Below are positions 1 through 12,156 of a stretch of 64,000 bases of DNA, piece after piece. The notes under the pieces were generated by a model that saw only the letters and a program-made list of their open reading frames with translations, did not search any database and was not told the origin of the DNA. Location: assembly GCA_043228905.1 (NCBI GenBank), contig JBHGNT010000011.1, forward strand, positions 16,988,001-17,052,000, in the 5' to 3' direction. How positions within the stretch are numbered: the first letter of the stretch is position 1; each line of letters begins with the position of its first letter. The translations under genes were made by a program, and so were the position numbers. This DNA is from Azolla caroliniana. Lineage: Eukaryota; Plantae; Polypodiophyta.

Positions 1-1
1 G

Positions 2-2105
2 ATGAGGGGGTCGGATCTTGCAAAGGCCATGGCTTCGGCCGTGGACCGGATAGTGATCGCGCGCGAGGGCACCGGTGCCCTTGACAGGGCTATTGAGGCG
101 ATCGTCGGTATGATCGACCGGTTCAGTGGAAAGGATGCCACGAGTTATTTGGCGTCCTACCGGGCGGAGATGTTGATGAGGGATATTCCGGAAGAGAGGC
201 ATCTTGCCGGATTCCCTCGAGTGGCGATGCCGGGCATCCATGCGGAGGTGCTCGAGATCCGGGCGGAGAGCCGAACCTGGGAGGAGTTCGAAGGACGGCT
301 CCTGGAGAAATACGGGCTGGATGACGCGCTTCGACTTTCGAAGTGGGGCTTCATGGAGTGGGTGGAGTCCCCCAACAAAGGAAGAAATGCGTCGGTACTC
401 CTCCGGGAGTTTGAGGAACGCTTTGCGCGCCTTTCGGCGCTCGATCGGACCGTCCTGGACACAAGTCGTGTCCTACTGTTTGTCAAATCGGTTGACGCAC
501 GGGATCGGGGGCAAGTTGGCTCCTTACTGGAAACCGAAGACGGGCTGACGGCCGACTGGGCCGCGGTAAAAAGAGTCTGCGGCCGTTTTGACAAACGGTG
601 GGAGTGGGCTGATACAGGGGCGACCAAGGCGGGACCTGTCGCAGCAAGGAAGCTCGAACCGAGACCCAGGAGTGGCTCGAAACTGGTTCGTCTTCGACCG
701 GCGTGATTAGAGGCTCGTCCGGGGGAACAGCTCTGGAGGAGTTGACACGAGCGGTAAAGGATCTCCAGATCGCCCAGGCTCGGAGGGAAGGCGGCGATCA
801 GGCTCGTGACCAACGGCCTCCAGCAGGGAGTAGGTGCATGTGGTGCGACGAGGTCGGCCACATTCGGAAAGACTGCGGGGACTTTATGGAGGCTTTGAGA
901 AGCCGGGTAGTGTACCTGTGGGAAGGTCGGGTGCACGCCAACGATACCCGGAGGGCCCTGAACCGAAACGATGGGCGAGGAGGAATGAAAAGGCTGATGG
1001 AAGAGGCGGCAGCCCGGCACGCGGAGACCGTCCACTACTCAGCGTCAGCCGGTATTCGGGTCGGAGGCAGTGAGGCTCGGAAGGCGAGCAAAGCCGAGTT
1101 CTGGCCGACGGTGCTGGAAGGCCTCGCCGGTGCCCGACTAAAGAGAGACGAGGTGGACCGCACGGAGAAGCGGGTCCAAGAGGTAACCGGGTGGAGTGAC
1201 CCGGTCGAAGAAAAGACGGGTTTCGTCAAAGCAGCTTGCCAGAACTACGAGGCTTTGGTTGAAGACAAACGGGTAGGTAAAACCGGAGGGGCCGGACCCT
1301 CACAGAGATACGAAACCCGATTCGGGTCGAAACGGAACGAGGCCGGTGAGTCCAGTGCCCGGGATAACCACAAGAAGGGCGGATACCGTTTGGGCACGGA
1401 GATCGAAAGGACCACGGACCTACGAAAGGTCCTGGAAGAACGAATCCTCGACAGCAAAGTAGAACTGTCGTTGCGGGAGGTGCTCGGAATCGCCAAGAAG
1501 GAGTTCCACGACTCCATCGTAGACTTGGTGAAGAGGAAGAGGCTGTCGACGGAGGCAGAACCGGAAAGGCCGGCGGAGGTGCGGACGACGCACATAGAGG
1601 ACATGGCGTTGGAAGACGAGTGGGCGGAGAGCCACTATTCGAGGCCACACTGGGCCCGAGCGACCACGGAAACCCCAATGAAGATCGGAGATGTTCAGGA
1701 ACCGGTGGTGGCGTTGGTGGACCACGGTTCGGAAATAAACCTGATGTCCATGGACTTCTACAAGAAGGGGAAATGGCCGATCAACACCAAGCACGGGTGG
1801 AAGATACGGGCAACGACGTGCGCCACCGAGGAACTACACGGGGCCTGCCCAAACGTGCGAGTCAAGATCGGCGAAGTCGAGATAGACCAGCACTTCTTTG
1901 TGCAGGAGACGTCCTCGCACCCGGTCATACTGGGAGAACCGTACATTACGGCAACGCGAATGGAGACCAAGGTGCTGGACAAGGGGCGGCTTACGCGAGG
2001 GTCAAGAGTCAGGACGAGCATCATTCGGTCCAGTTCGTGATGATGCGACCGAACCACGAGCGAAACCGCGAGTCCCTCGGTGGCGAGAACCGAGAGGATT
2101 TTTAG
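2..2105 (+). pseudogene. Retrotransposon gag-protease ORF, broken by two frameshifts (~660-700 and ~1985)
   Basis: ORFs 2..706, 703..2040 and the end of 1620..2105 join into one gag-pro protein. Restoring one C near 1985 gives ...VLDNGAAYARVKSQD...GGENREDF*. The CCHC knuckle and a D-H-G protease motif are present. Confidence 0.85.
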
Positions 2106-2161
2106 AGAGGACTGTCAAGGCGTGGGGTCGCGACAGTCCGGACACTCCGGGAAAACCCCAC
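2096..2161 (+). promoter_or_regulatory. Predicted -1 programmed ribosomal frameshift signal (slippery heptamer + H-type pseudoknot)
   Basis: G GAT TTT (2096-2102) sits directly before the gag-pro TAG. After a 6-nt spacer, stem 1 is GGACTGTC 2109-2116 / GACAGTCC 2132-2139. Loop GTGGGGT 2122-2128 is complementary to ACCCCAC 2155-2161. The -1 frame is the pol frame. Confidence 0.8.
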
Positions 2162-5100
2162 AAATGTACGATAGAGGCGAAACCGAAGAAACCTTATACC
2201 ATAAGTAGGAAGTTTTGTCTCTCTGACAACAGAGGGTGTACGATAGTCGGCGTCGTAGGCCGAGAAAAGACAAGGGCGGAAGAGCGACTTCGGGCGTGCG
2301 GAGTTCTCGGGCCCAGCGAGGAAATCAACGGAGCCGTGGAGGCGGTCTCCTTCGACGATACCTTGGGAATACTGCGAGAGGTGGTCGGAGAGGGCCTTAA
2401 AGAGGACTGGACGATACCGGTTTGTTCAGAAGAGATGTACGAAGTCATCGCGGACTTCAGTCGAGGGCTCGAGTCGGATCGGACGGCACGGGTTAACACG
2501 AAGTACAAGATTGTGGACCGGAAGGTAAGGCCAGTCGCGGCACCCTTACCGGAGGGCAGTGAGTTGCGAATCAAGGGGGTCGCATCGGACCCCAGTTTAC
2601 AAGATCCGGCCTGCATAGGGCACGCCTTCACCGACAGAACGCTACGGGAGCTCAAAATCGGTGGGGGCGGGTTCCTACTGCCGGCGGAAGAAGACCGGTT
2701 TCGGAGAATGCTCGGAAGGCACGAGAAAGCCTTCGCATTCTCACCGGAGGAGATCGGGTGCGTAGACCCGACAATCGTGAAGCCGATGGTGATATTCACG
2801 GTAGCGCATGTGCCGTGGAATCTCAAGCCAATTTCCGTACCGAGAGTTCACATCCCGGAGCTGATGGAGCTATTGAGGCAGAAAGTCGATATGGGCATCC
2901 TCGAACCGTTGAGTGCCCCGTACTCGAACCGGTGGTTTACCGTACCGAAGAAGAACGGGACGTTGCGCTTCATTCAAGACCTGCAACCGGTCAACAGAGT
3001 GACCATTCGGAATGCAGGAATTGGACCAACGATAGACGAGTTCGCGGAGGCCTTCGCCGGAAGGTCGATCTACTCGGTCGGTGATCTGTACTCGGGGTAC
3101 GACCAGTTCCAACTAGCTGTAGAGAGTAGAGACATTACAACGATGCGGACTCCTCTCGGCCTAGTGCGGATGTGTACCCTGCCACAAGGAGGGACGAACT
3201 CGGTGGCCCACATGGTGAATGCGATGAACAAGGTGCTGAGGGATTGTATCCCGGACATCACCATGCCATTCTTGGACGACATCCCGATCAAGGGATGTCC
3301 GGTAGAGAAAAAGGACGAAACAATCGGACCGGACGGATGCCGGAAATTCGTGGCGACACACATTGACGACTGCGAGAGGGTGCTGTAGAGGCTAGACGGC
3401 GCGAGGCTCACCTTCTTCGAGGAGAAATCGGCCTTCGGGCAATCGGAGATCATGGTCGTCAGACATCTATGCGGACCGTATGGCCGGAAACCGTCTCTGG
3501 CTAAGGTGGAAGCCATCTCCGCTATGAAGCCCGACTATAACTCGGTCACAGAAGTACGGAGGTTCTTGGGAGCATGCGCGTTCTACCACATATGGATCCC
3601 GCATTACGCCCACGTTGCCGAACCGCTATACGGGTTGCTGAAAAAGGGGCGAAGATTCGAGTGGCGAGACGAGCATACGGAGTCGGTCTGGAAGATGAAG
3701 GAGGCTCTTGTTGCACCTTCGGCACTCCGGAAGGCTGTCTACGAGAAAGCCACTCCCATCTACATAACGGTAGATACAAGTCCGACCGGGATCGGATGGG
3801 TGGTCAACCAAGAAGATGAGGACGACATTCGGTTCCCAATCTGGTTCGGTGCGAAGGTCCTCAGCGAGCGGCAGCGAGGATACGCCCAGGTTAAACGCGA
3901 ACTCTAGGGTATCATTTCGGCAGTGAAGGCCGATAAAGACTATCTGATCGGGACAGAGGTGATTATTGAGACGGACTACCTGCCGATTCTCGGCATGGTT
4001 TCCGGATGCGCAACCCCGGACCTGGTAATGCTCAGGTGGATAGCGTACATCAAGTCCTTGGATCCGGAAATACGACACATTTCCGGGAAAGACAACGCCA
4101 TGGCCGACATGCTTTCGAGGGCGCGATTCGACGACGAGGGCGACATGGTTTCGGAGGACGAGGAAGTCGGCGTGGACTTCTTCAAGGCGGCTTACGTAAC
4201 AACCGAGGGGGGGAGCACTCCGGCGCTTAACGGTTTAAAGGAGAGCAAGTACGACGGGGAGTGGCTGCAGATTGGGGGATTCTTGAGGACGATGACGCCG
4301 GACGCGTCATGGACAAAGGAAGAGGCCAACCGGATCCGGAAGAAAGCGTACCGATTCTTTCTCCGGGACAGATACTTGTGGAAGCACCCGAAGAAGAGAA
4401 ACGACATCCCGCTCCGAGTAGTGGCGATGAAGGAGGAACAGGAGGAGTTACTGAAGGCCTACCACGACAGCCCCTGGGTTGGACACCGTGGAACGTGGGC
4501 CACGTTCGAGAAACTAAAGGGGAAGTACTGGTGGCCGGGACTGTACCGGGACGTGCATCGGATCGTGACGACTTGTGAGAGCTGTCAGATACACTCCATA
4601 GTCCGACATCGGGACGAGCTTCACCCTACATACCCTCCGGCCAACCACTTCAAATGGATGGTAGATTTGGTGACGATGCCGATGGGCGTAGGGCAGATGC
4701 GATATTTGGTGCTGGCCCGGGAGGACCTAACGAACCAGGTGGAAGGTCGAGCCCTGTAGAACAAAACAACCGCGGCCGTGTGTCGGTTCCTGATCGAGGA
4801 CGTGATATGCCGGTACGGGTGCGTCGGAAAGATCGTGGCTGACCGCGGGGAGTTGGACGCCAAAGAGGCCGAGGAGCTGTTCGACCGGTTAGGGGTCAAG
4901 CTCTCGCTCACCACAACGTACAATCCGGAGGCGAACGGGAAGGTGGAGCACGGGCACGGACCGATCGTCAAAGCGCTAGTCCGGGCGTGCGAAGGACAGG
5001 TCGGGAACTGGCCACGACTATTACCCTATGCCTTGTGGGCGAACCGGACAACGCACAGTTCGGTAACCGGGTTCATGCCGTCAGAGCTCATGTTCGGACA

Positions 5101-5660
5101 GAAGCCGATCATGTCGATGGAACGAACGATCTCCTCTTGGGCGACAGTAGACTGGAGAGACGAGATGAGTCGGGATGAACTACTAGCGGCACGTATCCGG
5201 CAGCTCGAGCGGAGGCCAGAGGATGTGGAACAAGCGACGGAGAGACTTCGGACGGCGAGGATGAGGAACAAAGCCCGGTTCGACCGAACGCACCGGCTCC
5301 GACCAAAGAAAATCGAGGAAGGCGACTGGGTGGTAGTCTACGACAACAGCCTTGATAACCAGCACCGGACAACGCGGAAGTTTGCAAAGCGGTGGTTCGG
5401 GCCTTACGTGGTAATGAGCGCCAACGACAATGGGACGTATCACCTGGCGGAACTCGACGGTACGAGGATGGCGATACCGGTGGCGGGGAAGCGGATCAAA
5501 GCGTTCAAGAAGCGCCACAACGGCGAACCGGACCTAAGAGGCCTGGACAGCGACGACGAACAGTCTGAAACGGTTGACGAACCGATGGACGAAGAACCGG
5601 AACTCGGGCCGGTTTTCTCCAACCAGAACACAATTTTGGCGCATACCGGTGGATGCGCGG

Positions 5661-5675
5661 TGAGGTGGGGGCAGA
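5661..5675 (+). other. Polypurine tract of the Gypsy element
   Basis: TGAGGTGGGGGCAGA lies immediately 5' of the TGTCG LTR start. Confidence 0.8.
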
Positions 5676-6328
5676 TGTCGTGGAGAAAACCGTCCCTTAG
5701 CGCAATCGGTGTATAGCGCGCGTGAACCGCCTCTTCACGCGTGCGCGCCCTTTAATGTATATAATAGGGAATTAAGTACATAGGCATATCCGGGGGTAGT
5801 TAGATTCGGTAGGTAGGAAGTAAATGAGGGAGACGGCTCCCTTCCTGAAGCTATAAAGGAGAGGGAGACGCGGGGAGAAAGGGATCGCGCATTAAGGAGG
5901 ACGAAGTGCTGTCAGACCGTAACCGAACGCTTCTCCTCTGTTCGTTCTCCATCGCTCTTCTCTGCAGGGTTTCGAGAGGCTCGCGCAGCTTCGAGGAACG
6001 CCCGTGTGCTTCCGGCAACACCTCCACCCTTTTCTCCTTTCGTGCGTAGACGAACAAGCATCGGCATCTGTTCGCCGGCCTGTTTGGTTGTAACCGCTTG
6101 CGTGCTTTGTTGTGTATTTGATATTCGTTAATATACAAACACTTGTGTCTCCCTGTCTCTATGTCCATTCGCGTCTTCTGTGTTGACGGGCCGTGCCACC
6201 TGTGTTTCTTTGCTCATACGTGACCGGGCGTCTCTCTCTTTCCCTTTCCCCTTCTATCACCTGCTCTTCGGTTCAAGACCCCGGTGGTCCCGCCTCATTT
6301 CTCCACGCACGCGCGTAGCAACGCGACA
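5676..6328 (+). repeat. 3' LTR (~653 bp)
   Basis: Starts TGTCG and ends CGACA (inverted termini). It contains a TATAAA near 5853. Composition shifts abruptly to AT-rich DNA after 6328. The predicted TSD is CCGTT (6329-6333), which cannot be checked without the 5' end. Confidence 0.85.
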
Positions 6329-6589
6329 CCGTTTTCCATGAACCCTTTCTTGAATATCGGTAAATCATGGCAATGTGCAACAAAAAATTCTAACACCTTC
6401 TACAAAGTCCTATCTTTGGTCTTAGGATTACTGTACATCATTGTACATAAAAAATTGTAAGCTAATCGAAAAAAAAGGAGAATTCAACGAGTCTAGTCAT
6501 GTATTCCTATCATGTTGGATGTAGGTGGTGATGTTAAGAGGACGTCAGCTAAGAACATGAGTTAAGATGGACGAGGCGGTTGCGGCATA

Positions 6590-7920
6590 TAGGAATGGAG
6601 ACGATTTTGGCGGTAATCTCTGAGATGGTTGATGCAGACAATGAAGCACATTTTTTAGTTTAGATAAGGATGAGTGATGATGTTGGCGTGGGTTGAAGCA
6701 AATTTTCATGAGGAGAGGTAGAGAGTACACTCATGTTGTTTTTGTAGGTACAAGATTTTGGTGATAATCAGCGATAGCGAGATGGTTGATGTGGACTTGA
6801 GGAAGTTGATTTTCTGTTTTTTTATCAGGATGAGTGATGATGTGTGTGTGTGGGGGAGTTGAAGCACATTATCATGAGGAGGTGAGGAAAAGTTTTTTTA
6901 ACTCATTTGTTGTTGACAGTATAGGATTTTGGTGGTAATCGGCAAGATGGCGAGACTATTGATGTAAGACGATTTTTGTTGTAATCTCCGAGATGGTTGA
7001 TGTGGACAATGAAACATATTTTTTAGTTTAGATAAGGATGAGTGATGATGTTGGTGGGGGTTGAAGCATATTTTCATGAGGAGAGGTAGAGCGTACACTC
7101 ATGTTGTTTTTGTAGGTACAAGATTTTGGTGATAAATGGTGACAGCGAGATGGTTGATGTGGAGTTGAGGAATGATTTTCGGTTTTTTGATCAGGATAAG
7201 TGATGGTGGTTTGGGGTGAAGCATATTATCATGAGGAGGTGAGGAAAAGTTTTTTAGAGTCATTTGTTGTTGTTAGTACAGGATTTTGGTGGCACACTAT
7301 CATAAGGAGGTGAGGAAAAGTTTTTTTAACTCATTTGTTGTTGACAATATAGGATTTTGGTGGTAATCGGCAAGATGGCGAGACTATTGATGTAAGACGA
7401 TTTTTGTTGTAATCTCCGAGATGGTTGATGTGGACAATGAAACATATTTTTTAGTTTAGATAAGGATGAGTGATGATGTTGGTGGGGGTTGAAGCATATT
7501 TTCATGAGGAGAGGTAGAGCGTACACTCATGTTGTTTTTGTAGGTACAAGATTTTGGTGATAAATGGTGACAGCGAGATGGTTGATGTGGAGTTGAGGAA
7601 TGATTTTCGGTTTTTTGATCAGGATAAGTGATGGTGGTTTGGGGTGAAGCATATTATCATGAGGAGGTGAGGAAAAGTTTTTTAGAGTCATTTGTTGTTG
7701 TTAGTACAGGATTTTGGTGGTAATCGGCGAGATGGCGAGATGATCGGTGAGATGGTTGATTTGGACTGAATGAAGCAGATTTTATGTTTCTCATAAGGAT
7801 GAGTGATGATGGTGTTGGGGATTGACGCATATTTCCACGAGAAGAGGTAATTGTTTTTGGTGATAATCAGCGAGAGTATTTTCTCGATGGTCATGGAGAT
7901 GAAGATGGTGAGTTTCAACA
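6590..7920. repeat. Degenerate tandem satellite (~140-170 bp subunits) containing a near-identical ~428 bp higher-order duplication
   Basis: The motifs GAGATGGTTGATGTGGAC, GATAAGGATGAGTGATGATG and GAAGCATATT..CATGAGGAG recur. ORFs 6898..7098 and 7326..7526 translate identically at an offset of 428. An orphan subunit lies at ~8090-8155. Confidence 0.9.
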
Positions 7921-8150
7921 TGGGAGACGATAGTTATGGACTAAGCAAGGCGGCCCACCGCGTTTTATTCCAAGGTGGATAATATGTTGAAGGAAAACAA
8001 AGGAAAATTGTTCTCATTAGGGAACTAGAGGACATGCTCACATCCGAACGGAGGATAAACTACTATGTTCATTACATGAATTTGAAGGTAATGGCAAGAT
8101 GGTTGATGTGGAAAGATGAAGCATACTTCTTTAGTTTTTGATAAGGGTGA

Positions 8151-8470
8151 GTGTTGCATGCTCAAAGATGGGTAATTGGGACAAAGGTCAAGGAGATTGC
8201 TAAAGATGGGTACAAAAGAGATCGATCTCTTGGTAATGCTTTGACAGACATGTACACAAAATGTGCCTCACTTATGCTATCACGACTTGTATTGAGGATC
8301 TACAAAGTCGAGATGGGATATTTATGTAGGTGTCCTTCAAAAGTGAGATGTAGTGGCATGCAATATACTTATAATAGGGTATGTAGAGCATGGACCTACT
8401 TTGTGGATATCTTGAGTATGGTATGTTGGTATGGTTATGTTGAAGATCTTCAGTACATACATGCCAAACC
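8151..8470 (+). pseudogene. Degenerate PPR gene fragment
   Basis: LGNALTDMYTKCASL and FVDILS..C..GYVE resemble PLS-class PPR motifs, but the fragment is short and scrambled. Confidence 0.55.
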
Positions 8471-9297
8471 AAATGCAAACAAAGGGTTGGAATTGTTTTG
8501 TATGTTGTACCTAATATGCCTTTTTAAAAACTAATGGAAGTATATTTTGTTTAAAAAAAAAAACAAAAACAAAAATTGTAAGCTTGTAGCCTTCTAGGTA
8601 GACAAGCTCAAGTTGTAGCCTTCGGGTGTTTTTCCTTAATACTAAAGAAAATCTTTGAAGGAAAAAAAAAAAGAATGACTTAGTTTTTTCTATCCTTAAC
8701 AACACCATCCATAGCCAAATGGGTCTTCAAATGGGCTTCTCATGTGGTCTAGTTAAGTACATTCAATATGCTCAACACTTTTGAGTGATAACAACAAAAT
8801 GGCATAACCCAATTTCGTTTGGGCCGATATATGCAAACCAATATCATGCACGCAATTGATGGATGACTTTTCTTGGATGGCGACTCTAGTATATTGTTAG
8901 GGAGCACATCCGATCTACTCTATGTGTCGAGTGATGGCTGGGCAGGATGACATATTCGACGCAAAAGTATAGTAACTGGACGATACATTGTCCAGAGGAT
9001 GAGATGGACGGAGGGTCGATGGACAAACGGACAGACGTGACGGATGGTCAGTCGGATGGGAGTATGTGGAGTCTGGACAGGTGTCCGTGGGACGGGTGTA
9101 TTTGGACAGATGGACGATGATCGGGTGGTCGAACAGATAGACACTCAGGTTGTCGGACATATGGCCGGATGGGCGGGCGGCCGAACAGATGGACAAAGTG
9201 GCTTCCATTTTCCTCATTCAATTCATTTAATTCAAATTTTACTCAAGCCTCTCAATTTTGTGAACCTCAGAAGAGAGAGAGAGAGAGAGAGAAGCAC

Positions 9298-9981
9298 ATG
9301 GCCACCATAGCTTCTTCTTCTCTTTCTCTTTCTCCTTCTCCTTCTTCTTCTCCTTCTCATCGCCATGCCTCCTTTCATCCCACAGAACGGAGGATTTCCT
9401 CTTCTTCTTCTTCTTCTTTTCAGTCACTCCTCCCCCTTCTTCATTCATCAACGCTCAGATCAAGTAAGCCTCCTAATTGCAACCACACCCATTTCATCGC
9501 CAGAGCTTCCGCCAAGAAGCAAGAACTTCCTTCCCTGACTGAACAGCTCTCCTCTAATCCCCACGACGAGATGAAATGGAAAGAAGCTCGGATCCCTCTG
9601 CTAAACCTAGGTCTGAGCGAATCCGACGCGGATCTGGCTATGGCGAAATCCTTTGGATGGGCTTCTTCTCCTTACTGGGGAGAAGAGAAGACGAAATCTA
9701 TGCCTGATTCACATATAATTCAGAAAACTGTCTCTTTTCTGCAGAGTTTAGGTCTCTCTGATGAGGACTTGGTCGTGTTCCTGAAGAAGTTTCCTGAAGC
9801 TCTTGGCTGTAAAGTGGAGGATGAGATGGAGAAGAATGTAAAGATACTAGAGAAAGAATGGGGTATCTCTGGAAACACTCTGAAGAACCTGCTTCGAAGA
9901 AACCCTAAATCTTTGGGCTATAATGTGGATTGTAAAGGAGACTGTATAGCTCAGTGTACTCGATGTTGGGTCAGATTCTGA
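9298..9981 (+). CDS. mTERF-family protein (resembles Arabidopsis mTERF12), probably plastid-targeted, single exon, 227 aa
   Basis: ATG at 9298 is followed by a Ser-rich transit-peptide-like N-terminus. It has an mTERF-like repeat (FLQSLGLSDEDL..FLKKFPEALG) and the conserved C-terminus GYNVDCKGDCIAQCTRCWVRF. Confidence 0.88.
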   Translation: MATIASSSLSLSPSPSSSPSHRHASFHPTERRISSSSSSSFQSLLPLLHSSTLRSSKPPNCNHTHFIARASAKKQELPSLTEQLSSNPHDEMKWKEARIPLLNLGLSESDADLAMAKSFGWASSPYWGEEKTKSMPDSHIIQKTVSFLQSLGLSDEDLVVFLKKFPEALGCKVEDEMEKNVKILEKEWGISGNTLKNLLRRNPKSLGYNVDCKGDCIAQCTRCWVRF

Positions 9982-10034
9982 GGCATTCTTGATAACTGAC
10001 AGTAATTCTTGTATTTTTTATGTCTTTTACAAAA

Positions 10035-10360
10035 GATTGTTTGGATATGGCAATCTGTATAGTAAAGGTAAAAGCTTGTAAGGTAATAGGTTGTGATATT
10101 TGGATATGGCAATCTGTATGTTAAAGACAAACTTGTAAGATAATAGGTTGTGATATTTTGATATGGGATTCTGTATAATAAGTATAGAAACTTGCAAGAT
10201 AAGAGATTGTGATATTTGGACATGGCGATCTGTATGATACATTACATGAGATAACAGAGTGTTTTATTTGGATATGGCAATCTACATGATGGAAATCCAT
10301 ACGGTAAAGACAACAGTTTATAATGTAAGAGATCGTGATATCTGGATATGGCAATCAGTA
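10035..10360. repeat. Degenerate ~55-60 bp tandem repeat downstream of the mTERF gene
   Basis: About 5-6 copies of GTAAGATAATAGGTTGTGATATTTGGATATGGCAATCTGTAT. Confidence 0.8.
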
Positions 10361-12156
10361 TTGTCAAGGGAGACTGTATAAGTCAGCCTAATCATGTTGG
10401 GGGAAGATTCTGAGGTTGGTCTTATAGATTTTTTCAATTTCTGTTGTCTTTTACAAAATATTTATTTGGAATATATTTATGGTATTCTGTGCATATAATG
10501 TATACATGGTGTTCGTTTACCAATTTATTCTTGTCTCTTTGGAAATTGAGAGAGGTTTTATCCATCAGACAGCCCATGTGGGTATATGGAAGAATCTATA
10601 TAGTTAAGAGAAACAGCCAAATCTCGTGCATGAAAATTCTCTCCAATTTGGTAACTGTCACATGTTATCATATTGGATAAACTCTCTTTATGAGTCTCAT
10701 CTTCATCTTCTTTTTTGAATTATCTTCTTTTCTAAGTCTGGCACAGCAGTGATATTTGCTCTTTGCAATTACATGGAGGGGTTTTCATCAACCCAGATGT
10801 AAATTTCTTGGGAATTACCATTAAAGAAGGTTAGACATTTTGAAGATTTGTTAGATGACTTTAGATCTTTAAGAGGAGAAGGTTCAGATTTTATGTCTCT
10901 GTAAATTTTGGAACTGTGGATACATCTCTACCTAGACATAGCAATAATCTTTGCAGGTTATTTCCACTTCAGCAATAAAATCCATTGAAAAATCTGATAA
11001 GATTCCACAAAGGGTGCAAGATTGGAGGATCAATCCACATGGAAAACATTATTAATTACTGGATGTGTTAAATTGATTTTGGAAACCCTTGGACATGGCA
11101 ATAACACATAGTACAGAATTAAGCCAAGTTGCTGAAAGGAACTCTACAATTTCAGTACATGTTGTACTTTTAAATATATCAGAGGTAAATTATTACTATG
11201 TAGCTAGAGTCTAGGAATGTACTGTATAATATTAACAGCAAAAGAACCTGTATTGGCATAAACCAAATACTTTTTCTTTGACTAAACTGGAAGTGGTTAA
11301 ATCTATCGCATACTATCTAAGCGCAAATCAATGGGTAATGATAAAAGAGAGTAAATTATTAAAGTAAGATATCTAGCAGCTGTTGCTTTAATGTTCGGAT
11401 AGCGTCGTTCAAAGGCACCCCTATACCCTCATGTGAGATGCATTTAGTTTGGTCAGATCAAGAAGCCATATATAGTCGATGTCAAACGACGAGTTTGCGA
11501 AAATAAATGTTCATCAGCAAGCATTGGATTGGTTTCCCTCAAAACCCGATCTGTTGCATGTGGTTATCTAATTAATGAATGCTGTCCCTGGTCAATAATC
11601 TACAACTGCAACATTGGATATCCCACTTGATGTAACTAAATATTGACAAGGGAGACTTGCAGGATACGGGCAAACAGCACAGTGAATATTTTGTGGAAGA
11701 TCAGATTTAGAGCATTCAATACTCTACAACTGATCCAAATCAATCTCATAGAATAATGAAACCAAAGGCATCGGCCAGATCATTCTACTTCATTTTGATT
11801 ATCAATGACAATCACCCAATTTCACTCCTAACAATAAGGAGGCATTAACATTTCACTGGAAGTGTATCAAACTCTCCGGGCTAATTTCCATGCCGACAAG
11901 TGAATGTTGTATCTGTTTACCTCATGAAGAGAATACTCAAGATGCATTAGTCATTAATCAAATTTGACAAGTTGATTTTCTTCATCACGTTCTGGCTTTG
12001 TTAAAGTATTTGTTCCAAGATTTCTATTGCCATATATTTTACAACTTGTGAGAATCCTTTTGGAGAGATTGCTCAAGATGCATGCCTCATCAGTCAAATT
12101 CTACAAGTCGGGGAGACCAGTTGACTTTACTACACGTGAGAGCATATCAATCATCA

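Larger units (their letters stand above)
2096..5716 (+). pseudogene. Retrotransposon pol (RT-RNase H-integrase) with three in-frame TAG stops
   Basis: ORFs 1898..3388, 3452..3907, 3923..4759 and 4778..5716 share one frame. They are separated by TAG codons at 3386-3388, 3905-3907 and 4757-4759, consistent with CAG/TGG to TAG transitions. Confidence 0.92.
1..6328 (+). mobile_element. Ty3/Gypsy LTR retrotransposon, non-chromovirus type; 5' part lies outside the window; inactivated by frameshifts and stops
   Basis: Domain order is gag zinc knuckle (CMWCDEVGHIRKDC), protease (ALVDHGSEINL), RT (LPQG...PFLDD), RNase H, integrase (HHCC, core, GPY/F WFGPY). A PPT and a TG...CA LTR follow. No chromodomain is visible after the integrase. 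The region is much more GC-rich than its flanks. Confidence 0.96.

Noticed and set aside
3386-4759. In-frame TAG codons in pol as programmed readthrough sites
   Set aside because: They fall inside conserved domains and are explained by single CAG/TGG to TAG transitions, so decay is more likely.
157-5631. Many long antisense or alternative-frame ORFs over the Gypsy element
   Set aside because: Expected shadows of GC-rich coding sequence; no recognisable domains.
6545-7921. Repeated 61-77 aa ORFs; possible CRISPR-like array
   Set aside because: These are translations of satellite units. There are no unique spacers, no cas genes, and the context is eukaryotic.
8930-9200. GGAC/GGAT-rich low-complexity stretch with short ORFs upstream of mTERF
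   Set aside because: No clear period, TIRs or coding signature that I can support.
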